64,000 nt of DNA from Eledone cirrhosa (lineage: Eukaryota), in the NCBI GenBank assembly GCA_964016885.1, contig OZ024742.1:134416001-134480000 (forward strand), in the 5' to 3' direction. The notes under the pieces are model-generated. The model was not told where the DNA came from and ran no database searches. It saw only the letters and a program-made list of their open reading frames with translations. Position 1 is the stretch's first letter, and every line of letters starts with the position of its first letter. Positions 41,194-50,375 of the stretch are shown one piece after another. Made by a program: the position numbers and the translations under genes.

Positions 41194-43224
41194 TTAATCT
41201 TCATTGCATCCTTTACATTTAATGGCATAAATTAGATTTTTTGATGAGCAAGTGAAGTGATTTTTTACAGTAAAATTTTGTCCTGATTTAAATGTATACG
41301 TGTTGCCTTCAATGAGGTGAGTGCGGGTTCCACAATTAGAGCGACCACATTTTTGGATACTTGGTTGTGGGTTTGTGGTAGGTAATTTGGGATTGGTGAG
41401 TAATGTTTTCAGTGATTTTGGTTGTCTTTTGCTTTTGATTATTTTGTGTGTTTCAAGGGTTTTTTTCATTCTTGGGTTTTGTTTTAGTAGTGGGATGTTA
41501 TTGTGAATAGTGTTGTAAGCTTCCGCATTTCTTGGGTTGTGTGTTGAGATATATGATAGAATATTGGACGTACCTTGAATTTGTTTCTGTTTCCGTAATT
41601 CATCAATGCCTATTGCTTTAGCCCTTTCTATTCCATTATTTATTAGTAATAGTGGGTACTCTCTCTCAAGTAGAATTTCCTTTAATTCTTGAAGTCTTTT
41701 ATTTCGCGTTTCATAATTGGAGACAATTGTGCAAATTCTTCTTGCTAGGTTAAAAGGAATGTTCGTCTTCGTGTGCTTTGGATGGTTGGAGGTGAATAGC
41801 AGATATTGTTTGGAATCTGTTGGTTTGTAGTGTATGTCAGTTTCGATATTTGTGTCTTTTTTTGTGATTAAGATGTCCAGAAATGGAAGTTGATCTTGGC
41901 TGTATTCCATTGTGAATTGGATGTGGTTATTGATGCCGTGTATTAAGTTTTTGAAATCCTTCAGTTGGTCGAGTGTGTGGGACCAAATAATGAGGCAATC
42001 ATCCAAGTAGCGTTTCCAATTCTCTGATAAATATTTGTGGAAGTTCAATCCGTATTTTGATTTGGACTGTTCATATATCTGGACTTCTAAGTATGCCATG
42101 ACTAAGTTGGCATAAGTCGGAGCGGCTTTTGTGCCCATCGCAGTCCCCGATATTTGCTTGTAAGTATTGCCATCGAAATCAAAAAAGTTGTTCTGTAGGA
42201 TGAATTTTAATCCCTCGGTGATGAAGCTTTTTTCTATTCTGTCAGGTATCTCATTGGGATATTTCTCTAGCCAGAATCCTATTGCTTCTAGTCCGTATTG
42301 GTGTGGGATCGTTGTGTAGAGATTCACTACATCGAAAGACACAATAATAGTGTCGTTGTTGACATGTTTGGGGGGGTGGTTTAAGAGGTCCAGATCGTCT
42401 CTTACAAGGCTTGGTATGTGTTTCAGTATTGGTTTCAGTACTATGTCTATAAAGTTGCTCAATCTGTGTGTTTCACATTGTGGGCCCGCTACAATTGGTC
42501 TTAATTTAAGGTCTGTGGGGTATTGTGTGTTCACGCAGGCTGAGGTGGATTGTTTACAGGCATCGTTGATTATTTTACATTTGTGGATCTTCGGAAGTCC
42601 GTAAAGGTTGCTGGTTTTGTATTCAAAATTTGTTAAATAATCGCGTTCCTTTTTAGTTAGGTCTTCCTGGTATCGATAAATCAGTGTGTTTAATTTGGTC
42701 ATTATTTTTGATTGCTGGTAGTTTTTTACTCTTTCATAGTAATTAGTATTTTGTAAGAGAGAGAACATAGAATTTTTATATTTTTCAGCCTCCATAATGA
42801 CAACAGTACTTCCCTTGTCCGCTTCCTTAATTACAATGTCCGGATTGTTTTTTAGTTCATGGATAATCTCCCATTCCCTTCGACTTGTGTTGGGTTTGGG
42901 TTTAGGTTGCGGTAGTTCATGGTATGGGAAGGTAGCTATGTGGTCACAAAATTTGTCCAGAACTCTGTTTCTACCTTTTGTTGGGTTGTAGCTGCTTTTA
43001 TTCCGTACAATTGATTCGTCGTTATTCTCCTTGTCAAAGAATTCCTCTGTGAGACGTAATTTTCTACAGAAGTGTGAGATATCGTCATTTATCTCGTTGG
43101 GGTTAGGATATTGTGGTGTTGGTGTGAATTTCAGACCTTTGGAGAGAATTTTTACTTGTTGAGCTGAGAGGTTTGTATTTGAAATGTTAATTACTTTCGG
43201 TTTTTCAAAATCGGTTTGTGCCAC
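41194..43224 (-). CDS. PLE reverse transcriptase plus start of GIY-YIG (ORF2; frame is open upstream of the listed GTG)
   Basis: LSKGLKFTP, IKEADKG, YGLPKIHK, LRPIV, SFDVVNLYT, GTAMGT..APTYAN, RYLDD, LPFLD, YKPTD, SNHP, NLIYAIKC. Confidence 0.95.
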   Translation of the reverse strand: MAQTDFEKPKVINISNTNLSAQQVKILSKGLKFTPTPQYPNPNEINDDISHFCRKLRLTEEFFDKENNDESIVRNKSSYNPTKGRNRVLDKFCDHIATFPYHELPQPKPKPNTSRREWEIIHELKNNPDIVIKEADKGSTVVIMEAEKYKNSMFSLLQNTNYYERVKNYQQSKIMTKLNTLIYRYQEDLTKKERDYLTNFEYKTSNLYGLPKIHKCKIINDACKQSTSACVNTQYPTDLKLRPIVAGPQCETHRLSNFIDIVLKPILKHIPSLVRDDLDLLNHPPKHVNNDTIIVSFDVVNLYTTIPHQYGLEAIGFWLEKYPNEIPDRIEKSFITEGLKFILQNNFFDFDGNTYKQISGTAMGTKAAPTYANLVMAYLEVQIYEQSKSKYGLNFHKYLSENWKRYLDDCLIIWSHTLDQLKDFKNLIHGINNHIQFTMEYSQDQLPFLDILITKKDTNIETDIHYKPTDSKQYLLFTSNHPKHTKTNIPFNLARRICTIVSNYETRNKRLQELKEILLEREYPLLLINNGIERAKAIGIDELRKQKQIQGTSNILSYISTHNPRNAEAYNTIHNNIPLLKQNPRMKKTLETHKIIKSKRQPKSLKTLLTNPKLPTTNPQPSIQKCGRSNCGTRTHLIEGNTYTFKSGQNFTVKNHFTCSSKNLIYAIKCKGCNED

Positions 43225-44393
43225 CGAGTGTCGTGAGTCCTGTAGCCTTGGTCTAAAAAATGATTTTTCTGGAATGTTTTTTCATTGATATTATTATATC
43301 TAATGGTATTTCCCCTGTTGTTGTGTGGTCTTGTATAGAAGTTTCGGACGTATTGAGGTTCGGTTTGTTGATAGTCCGGGTTGTAGATTTGGTTCCTTTG
43401 TGTGGGTTGGGATCTATGGTTTTGGAACAGGCTCTGTGTGGGCAGGGGTCTACGGTTTTGGAATAGGTTTTGTGTGGGTTGTGATCTGCGGATCAGGTCC
43501 TGCCTTGTGTTCGGGGATCTTTGGTTTTTGTTAGTAGGGTTATAGTTTTGTCTATGGTTTCTGGGATTATCGTTATAGTTTTGCTGGGGGTATGTTGGAC
43601 GTTTTGTTACTTTTTTTGTTATTTGTTGTGCATGTGGTGTGTGAGTTTTAGTTTGTTTTAAATATGGGTTACCTGTATGTTGTTCATTTTTGAAGTCCAT
43701 TTCGTAGTTGTTGAACCAGGTGGCGTTTTTTTCCCATCGCTGGAGGGATGTGAGTTCTTCATCCTCACAGTTTTCTTTCCAAAGTTTTAGGGGTTTTTTG
43801 TAGAGTAGGCCTTCAGAGTGCTTTGAGATTTCTGTGTCCATCTGTTGGTCGAGTGACTTGAATTTTTCTTCGTTGGAGTTGGCTCTTAATCGCAACAGTT
43901 CTATTTCTGTTTTAAATTTTTCCAATGCCATCTTTTCCCTAAGTCTTTGTTGGTTTTCTGGTTCATTCGGGATGGGTTTTATTTGGAGTTTTTTGGGGAG
44001 GATGATTGGGGTAGAGTTTAGCCACTTTTGATATATGTCTGCCTTGCCATTATTTTTTAGGAGATTCCAAAGGGCGAATTTGCGGGCTGTGAGCTTTTGA
44101 GTCCATATGTTGATTAGGGTGTTTTTCACTGAGTGGACATCTCGTAGATTGGGTTCTAACGGTTGTTCAAGCTTTTGGAGCATTGCTGTTTCAATGGTTT
44201 CGATTAGCTTAGTTAATACTGGAGTAATATTCGTCTCTTGGGTATTTTCTGTTTCTTCGTGGGGTCCTTTTTTATAGATGTGTATTTGGTCCACTTTGTT
44301 GGTCAAAATTGAGAGTTTAGAGGAAATCTCTTTGAGTTCATTTAAGATGTCCTGGTTCAGTGAGTTGTTGTTTTGTTGAGACTTTGGTGGCAT
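43191..44393 (-). CDS. PLE ORF1, 400 aa; helical/coiled-coil-like N-terminal part and N/Q/R/P-rich low-complexity tail
   Basis: Uninterrupted ATG-initiated ORF between the 5' pLTR and RT; heptad-like L/I/E/K segments; FQNxRxxPTQ repeats. Confidence 0.8.
   Translation of the reverse strand: MPPKSQQNNNSLNQDILNELKEISSKLSILTNKVDQIHIYKKGPHEETENTQETNITPVLTKLIETIETAMLQKLEQPLEPNLRDVHSVKNTLINIWTQKLTARKFALWNLLKNNGKADIYQKWLNSTPIILPKKLQIKPIPNEPENQQRLREKMALEKFKTEIELLRLRANSNEEKFKSLDQQMDTEISKHSEGLLYKKPLKLWKENCEDEELTSLQRWEKNATWFNNYEMDFKNEQHTGNPYLKQTKTHTPHAQQITKKVTKRPTYPQQNYNDNPRNHRQNYNPTNKNQRSPNTRQDLIRRSQPTQNLFQNRRPLPTQSLFQNHRSQPTQRNQIYNPDYQQTEPQYVRNFYTRPHNNRGNTIRYNNINEKTFQKNHFLDQGYRTHDTRWHKPILKNRK
43254..43260 (-). 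promoter_or_regulatory. Candidate -1 ribosomal frameshift slippery heptamer U_UUU_UUA
   Basis: ORF1 codons CAT TTT TTA; the -1 frame continues RPRLQDSRHSVAQTDFEK into RT. Confidence 0.6.
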
Positions 44394-44559
44394 TTTCGGT
44401 CTTCGTGTGGTGGGTATATATTAGAAAGTGAGGTTTTTTTTACAAAATGAAAAATAACCGAGGTGTCCTACACGAGTGGAAGTATAAAGAAAAAGGGATG
44501 AAATCGAAAATGCAACTGAAGAACTTTTTTTTTTTTTAAATATATATATTTATTTGGTT

Positions 44560-44597
44560 CCTTTACCGGTTTCGCAGTTCTTCTGCTTTTCAAAAGG
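44560..44597 (-). ncRNA. Minimal hammerhead, U3/A8 variant (5' pLTR)
   Basis: Identical to 39850-39887. Confidence 0.8.
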
Positions 44598-45341
44598 TGA
44601 GTTGAGATGGAGGGTCTGTGGTTTTTCTCACATCTGGTTGGTCTCTAAATGTTACTTGTTTTATATGGAAAAAGTGGCTCGAAAACCAGGTTTTTCGAGA
44701 AGTAATTTGGTTGGTTTGTCAATAATTATAATAAATTTCGCGCCAGTTCGCGTTACAATTGTTCTTCAAATAAGAGAGGAGGGGGGGGGGGGGTTGTCAC
44801 AGGTTGTTTTTTCATATATGAGTGTTTGAATTTCTTTTTACTTGAAAAAATGAGGCTCACGAAGGCTTTTTTTTTGGTTGGTTATAAATGAAATTTGGCT
44901 GTCACGTGAACAAGTTTTCATTACATTTTTGCGCCCTTATTTGGAAAACTATTCTGTAGTCTTTATAGTGAATGTTATGACAATGGAGAGATAGTGGTCA
45001 AGGGAAAAGGGATTGGGAGAAATGTTCTGTAATGAAAACTTGTTCACGTGACAGCCAAATTTCATTTATAACCAACCAAAAAAAAGCCTTCGTGAGCCTC
45101 ATTTTTTCAAGTAAAAAGAAATTCAAACACTCATATATGAAAAAACAACCTGTGACAATCCTCTCTTATTTGAAGAACTATTGTAACGCGAACTGGCGCG
45201 AAATTTATTATAATTATTGACAAACCAATCAAATTACTTCTCGAAAAACCTGGTTTTCGAGCCACTTGTTCCATATAAAACAAGTAACATTTAGAGACCA
45301 ACCAGATGTGAGAAAAACCACAGACCCTCCATCTCAACTCA

Positions 45342-45379
45342 CCTTTTGAAAAGCAGAAGAACTGCGAAACCGGTAAAGG
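45342..45379 (+). ncRNA. Minimal hammerhead, U3/A8 variant (inverted pLTR)
   Basis: CCTTTTGAAAAGCAGAAGAACTGCGAAACCGGTAAAGG. Confidence 0.8.
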
Positions 45380-45510
45380 AACCAAATAAATATATATATT
45401 TAAAAAAAAAATAAGACTTCAGTTGCATTTTCGATTTCATCCCTTTTTCTTTATACTTCCACTCGTGTAGGACACCTCGGTTATTTTTCATTTTGTAAAA
45501 AAAACCTCAC

Positions 45511-45596
<86 letters not shown>

Positions 45597-46225
45597 GTAT
45601 ATATGAATTAATATATGGATTTCCTTCGAAATAATGGAATGTTAATGAACTATGTTTCGTTGCAATTTAATGTATTTGTAGACATGAACGTACACCCAAT
45701 AAAAATGCTGTAATTTCACCTGCAAATGTCTGTATGTAATAATCTATTGTAGCATGTGCGTAAACGTGAGTAAAATGTGAGCAAACATCAGTAATGTTGG
45801 ATTAATTTTCCCGACGTAATATAGTATTTGATGTCTTTACACAGTTACTGAGATGGTTATAATATGAGAGCTAGAACTGCTAACATAAAGGAATATATAC
45901 ATGCCTTCAACAACATACATGAACAAACTAGCTGTTCCCCATATATATAATATATGTTTATTCATACCCATATATTTTGCAAACTTCATCCCCATTCCCC
46001 GTCTCACTCTTTCTCCCACTACACACACATACACACACACATATATATATATATATGTGTGTGTATGAGGTGTGGAAAATACTGAAGTATTGCATAGGAT
46101 AGAACAATATATATTTCAGTCAATATATGTAGTCACCGATATATATGTTTTTTAGCAAATAAATACTTTCTATCACCTCGCGCCGAAAACTATATTTTTT
46201 CTTCTTGCGATACTTGCTTCTATTA

Positions 46226-46933
46226 TCTATATTACCAACACAGAAACATTCTGTTTGTCTTTCTATCTATCTGTCTGTCCAATCACCAACACTCCAGAAC
46301 CACCCAACCGAGTTTTTTCAAACTTTACACGTGTAATTCTTATGGTCCCGTGAGTGTTTTGAGCCAAAATAATTTCAAATCGTCAATGCCCTAGGGATCG
46401 CATTCGGCGATTTGGCGATCTCTCTCTATAATTATTAGTCTTTGACTTTTAGATAGATACATAGTTATAACGTTGCGCCTTTATAATATCTGTCTGTATG
46501 GCTGGTGTCTACATTACGTCATTATATACATATATATATATATATATGTATATAATATATACAATATATTAACAAATGAAAACTATATTTATAAAACATT
46601 TATTTCATTATACATATTTCAAGGACACCAAAGCAAATTATGGTGCGCTTTCATCAGATAAAAATATAATATAGATCAGTTTTATAAACAAATATTGACA
46701 TACCCTTAAAGAATGCTACCATGTCGGTTGGAAGCTCCCGGATAGTGGGATATTTGCTTGTTGTATTTGCTTGTTGTATCCCAACAAATTAAATATAACT
46801 TTTATATATACATATGTGTGTTTTTCCAAATATTTACTTCTGCATTCACACATTTATTATATTAGTTTCAGAAGATGGCGTTAAGGGTCAAAGCAGTGAT
46901 TCTTTGTTTAAACTTTAATATATATATATATTT

Positions 46934-47018
<85 letters not shown>

Positions 47019-47174
47019 ATACATATAATTATATATTCGTGTACAGATATTTTTGCATATACAATAAAACAAATATAAACAAACGTATCTACTTCACGAG
47101 GCTCGAGAAGGATAAATATATATAAATATATAACCCTGGAGCAAATCCCGAGCAACGCCGGGCCATTATGCTAG
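46226..47174 (+). mobile_element. Non-autonomous Helitron with a nested PLE fragment
   Basis: 5' TCTATATT.. with CTGT microrepeat and AACCG..AAACTTT motif; 3' hairpin CCCGAGCAACGCCGGG then CTAG|T. The 5' boundary is less certain. Confidence 0.65.
46602..46664 (-). ncRNA. Hammerhead motif, TATATA stem-III family
   Basis: TTTTAT-CTGATGA-AAGCGCACCA..TGGTGTCCTT-GAAA-TATGTA-TA-ATGAAAT. Confidence 0.7.
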
Positions 47175-47314
47175 TATATATTATAATTAAAATTTAGGTT
47201 CTGCATAGCAGTTTACATACATACATGTGAATTCCGTATATCTAAGTATATAGGGTATATTTAATAAATAAACATTTTGAAAGCATATCTATGAATATTG
47301 AAAGGCTGACAACT

Positions 47315-47350
47315 GTCTATGCGCATTTCGATATTTGGTCTCATCAAAAC
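47315..47350 (-). ncRNA. Degenerate minimal hammerhead motif
   Basis: GTT-TTGATGA-gaccaaatatc-GAAA-TGCGCA-TA-GAC; weak stems I and II. Confidence 0.45.
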
Positions 47351-47388
47351 ACCACTCTCTGCAGGATGTATATATATATATATATACT

Positions 47389-47455
<67 letters not shown>

Positions 47456-48011
47456 CCATACATATATGCACATATAAGTTTAAACAGCAATAAGTATTAA
47501 TAAATGATAGCATTCATCACAAATCATTATAACAGTATAACAATATTAAATAATTGAAATAAAATAAATGTTATACAAGTAGATTGTAAGTTCTTAATAC
47601 ACAGGCTTATAAATAGTTATATTGATAATCTCATATCTTGCACTCAGTAACGTCTACCACATGTGTTAAAACATCTTACATATGTGATATATAATTATTG
47701 CTGCATTTATCGAACTGACAGCCTATATTTGAAAAACTGATACATTGATACAATTATACAATGAAAGAGAAGTAGGTAATGAACATGGTTGATCTTGAGC
47801 CAAACAACACAAAAGCAACACTTATTTAATACATGGACAAAGAGAGATTGCAAACAGTGGGTCAATTTATTGCAGCGATCTCGCACTCAATTACTCCCTA
47901 ACGTCTTAACAATTATTGAGGAGGCACGTGGAGCTAGATACCCCTGGATAAGCACCACGTTCGAAATGTCATTACTTGAATGACTCCCTTGTGAAATGGC
48001 GTAAACCGCAA

Positions 48012-48137
48012 CTGTACTACTATCACTACTATAACAACAGCAGCAGCAGCACCAGCAGCAGTAACAACAACAACAACGACATCAACGACAACAACAACTA
48101 CTACTGCAACTACTACTACTACAGGTGATGATGATGT
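48012..48137. repeat. Compound trinucleotide repeat (CTA/CAG/CAA/GAT)
   Basis: Directly visible. Confidence 0.9.
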
Positions 48138-48279
48138 TGTTTAATGTGTTGAGCTTAATAATCACTAAATTATCAAGACCGCAAATCCATTTCTGTAATT
48201 AACGCGCATAAAATGTATTGATGGAAGTGAAAGCAGTTTATCATTTTTTTTTTCTTGAGAATCCACACCAATGTCGGAT

Positions 48280-49010
48280 TGATACTTTATTTATCGGCCT
48301 GAAACGCGATGGGGCCCACCCACAGCCCCGGTGGACAGAATGGAGAAGGCATTTCCCCGGTGGACGGCAAGAGAGACGCGCTGGAAAAGCCACTCCAACT
48401 GACGTGACTCACACCTGCGGCTGGCCAGCTCAGCGCCTATGGTGGTGAGTAAGGAGGTAGCCCTGGGGCCGGGGACACAAGAAGTCTCCACTGCCAGAGG
48501 TACGACCGAAAACCTGTTGGAGAGCGACCGGTATTTGAGGAGTTTGGCCTCCTCAGCTCGACGTGCAGCAGAACCTGGGTCAATCGCAGACTGCACCAGG
48601 TTGCGGCTGCAGAAAGTGTCGGTGCAAGTCGCATCCCAGACGAGGGGTTTCCCACCGCGGAATGGGAAGATGGTCATGCCATCTGGCCTTTTGCTGTCCC
48701 CTCGATCCGGCCCCACCGTCTGGAGCTGGGGAGGGAAGCCTGCAGCGTCCAAGCCATGCTTAATGACCTCGTTGAGGAAGCATGGTGTGGAATGTGGCCG
48801 GCACTGTGGCGACAACAAAGCGGGTGTGGACCGAAAAAGTCCACCGTGGAACAGCAGCGACATTGGTTTGGCTGGCAAATTCGGAGGCCGAGCCTCAGGG
48901 AAACGCCGATGCGAGGTCTAGCTGCGTGCCAGTGGTGAAGGAGGGCAGGGCATGGAGCCAGGCACCACTGTGGGGTTTGGAGACCGCACGAAAACAAGCA
49001 AGGCGTTTAT
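48280..49010 (-). mobile_element. CRE-type non-LTR retrotransposon 3' fragment (restriction-like endonuclease)
   Basis: HSGAWLHALP upstream; LNEVI..RGDSKRPDGMTIFPF..GKPLVWDATCTDT..AEEAKLLKY..VPLAVET..FQRVSLAVHRGNA; GC-rich island. Confidence 0.8.
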
Positions 49011-49437
49011 ACCTAACTTAATATTTGAAAAAAAAAAACGGTCACTCATCATGTACCTCTATACTTCATTTACTTATCTAGTTATATTATACCATCTATA
49101 TCTCCCTCTCTTCGTTTTTATCTTCATCTCTTTATCTTTTCCTTTTCTCCTCTAGTTAGCTCTCTCTCTCTCATTTGTTTTTTTCTTTATTACGGATATT
49201 TACATATTTAATTATTTAAATATTTTACATTTATGTACTTATGTGTTTATTTATTTTATTTATCTATTTCTGTATTTATTTTTTGCTACACGTTTTCCTA
49301 ATCACCCTCTCCATTATATGTTTGTTTGTCATGTTAGTATTTATGGTATATAAATATTGAGTTTTGTTATAATTAATCACTGCCAAGACTGGAATTGAAC
49401 CATCAGCACAGTTGAGGTATGTCATACATCAATTTAT

Positions 49438-49505
49438 ATATTTTATCTGAAGAGGACGTACTGAGGAAACAGCACAGTGCCTCCGAAATATATATAATAA
49501 AATAT
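49438..49505 (+). ncRNA. Hammerhead ribozyme, TATATA stem-III type
   Basis: ATATTTTAT-CTGAAGA-GGACGTACTG..CAGTGCCTCC-GAAA-TATATA-TA-ATAAAATAT. Confidence 0.8.
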
Positions 49506-49649
49506 ATTTGATAACCTGAATGTCTATATTTATTATTATTTTTAATTAATATTAATAACTCCAGAAAACCCTTTTTTTCTGTTGTGTGATTCTAATCTAT
49601 TGTAAAACTATATTCATTGATTAATCAATGAACCTTGTTTAACGTTTGG

Positions 49650-49679
<30 letters not shown>

Positions 49680-49685
<6 letters not shown>

Positions 49686-50026
49686 TAATAAAAATAATGA
49701 ATAAAAACAAAAGAAACAGTTCCTTATATAAAAAAATTCATCATTTTACGATCGTTTCTAGGATATATGTGTGTTGGAATGTATATCATATAGTAAAATG
49801 TTTACAAACTATCAGAGGGAATATACATACCTACACATATATATGCTGTCTTCAGAAATAATGATATTTGTTTATTGAAAAAAACCAACAAAGATTTAAT
49901 ATAATAGGTCTATATGATATACATACAAACACACACATATATATCCTAGAAACGATCGTAAAATGATGAATTTTTTAATATAAGGAACTGTTTATTTGTT
50001 TTTATTCATTATTTTTATTAATTTAT
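49680..50026. mobile_element. Inverted-repeat mini-element (arms ~49680-49793 and ~49910-50026) with a hammerhead at 49739-49863 (minus)
   Basis: Minus strand CATTATTT-CTGAAGA-(long domain II)-GAAA-CGATCG-TA-AAATGATG. Confidence 0.7.
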
Positions 50027-50174
50027 CTTGACTCTGCTTTCCTGTGTTTTTCATCGAAACAATTTTGAATACATCTTCTCTTTTCATGATATTTGGATTA
50101 CATTGAGTTCTTCATACGGATTGGACACTACCGTATATTTTGGTAGATTTATCTACATATATATATATATATAA

Positions 50175-50375
50175 CGAAGGAAGTGTAGTAAGGAACCAGA
50201 TGGACCATAATGCACCAGAGCACTCAATACTTTTGGTAGTAGTATGGGTAATATGAACACGTTAAAGACTCCAACGGCACAGCTCAACCCGTTTAGACGG
50301 CTATTTCTAGAGTCCAGAAATAGCCGTCGAATTGGATTGAGCTCTGCCGTCGGGGTCTTGAAAATGTTCCTATAT
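50175..50375. repeat. Dispersed repeat with ~95-nt internal hairpin; inverted copy at 60881-61070
   Basis: AAGACTCCAACGGC..GACGGCTATTTCT agagtcc AGAAATAGCCGTC..GCCGTCGGGGTCTT. Confidence 0.8.

Larger units (their letters stand above)
39774..45520 (-). mobile_element. Near-complete Penelope-like retroelement (Neptune-like): direct pLTRs plus inverted pLTR, inserted in (TA)n
   Basis: Direct repeats 39774-40316 / 44483-45029; 45028-45520 is an inverted copy of 44415-44925; ORF1, RT and GIY-YIG between. Confidence 0.95.
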
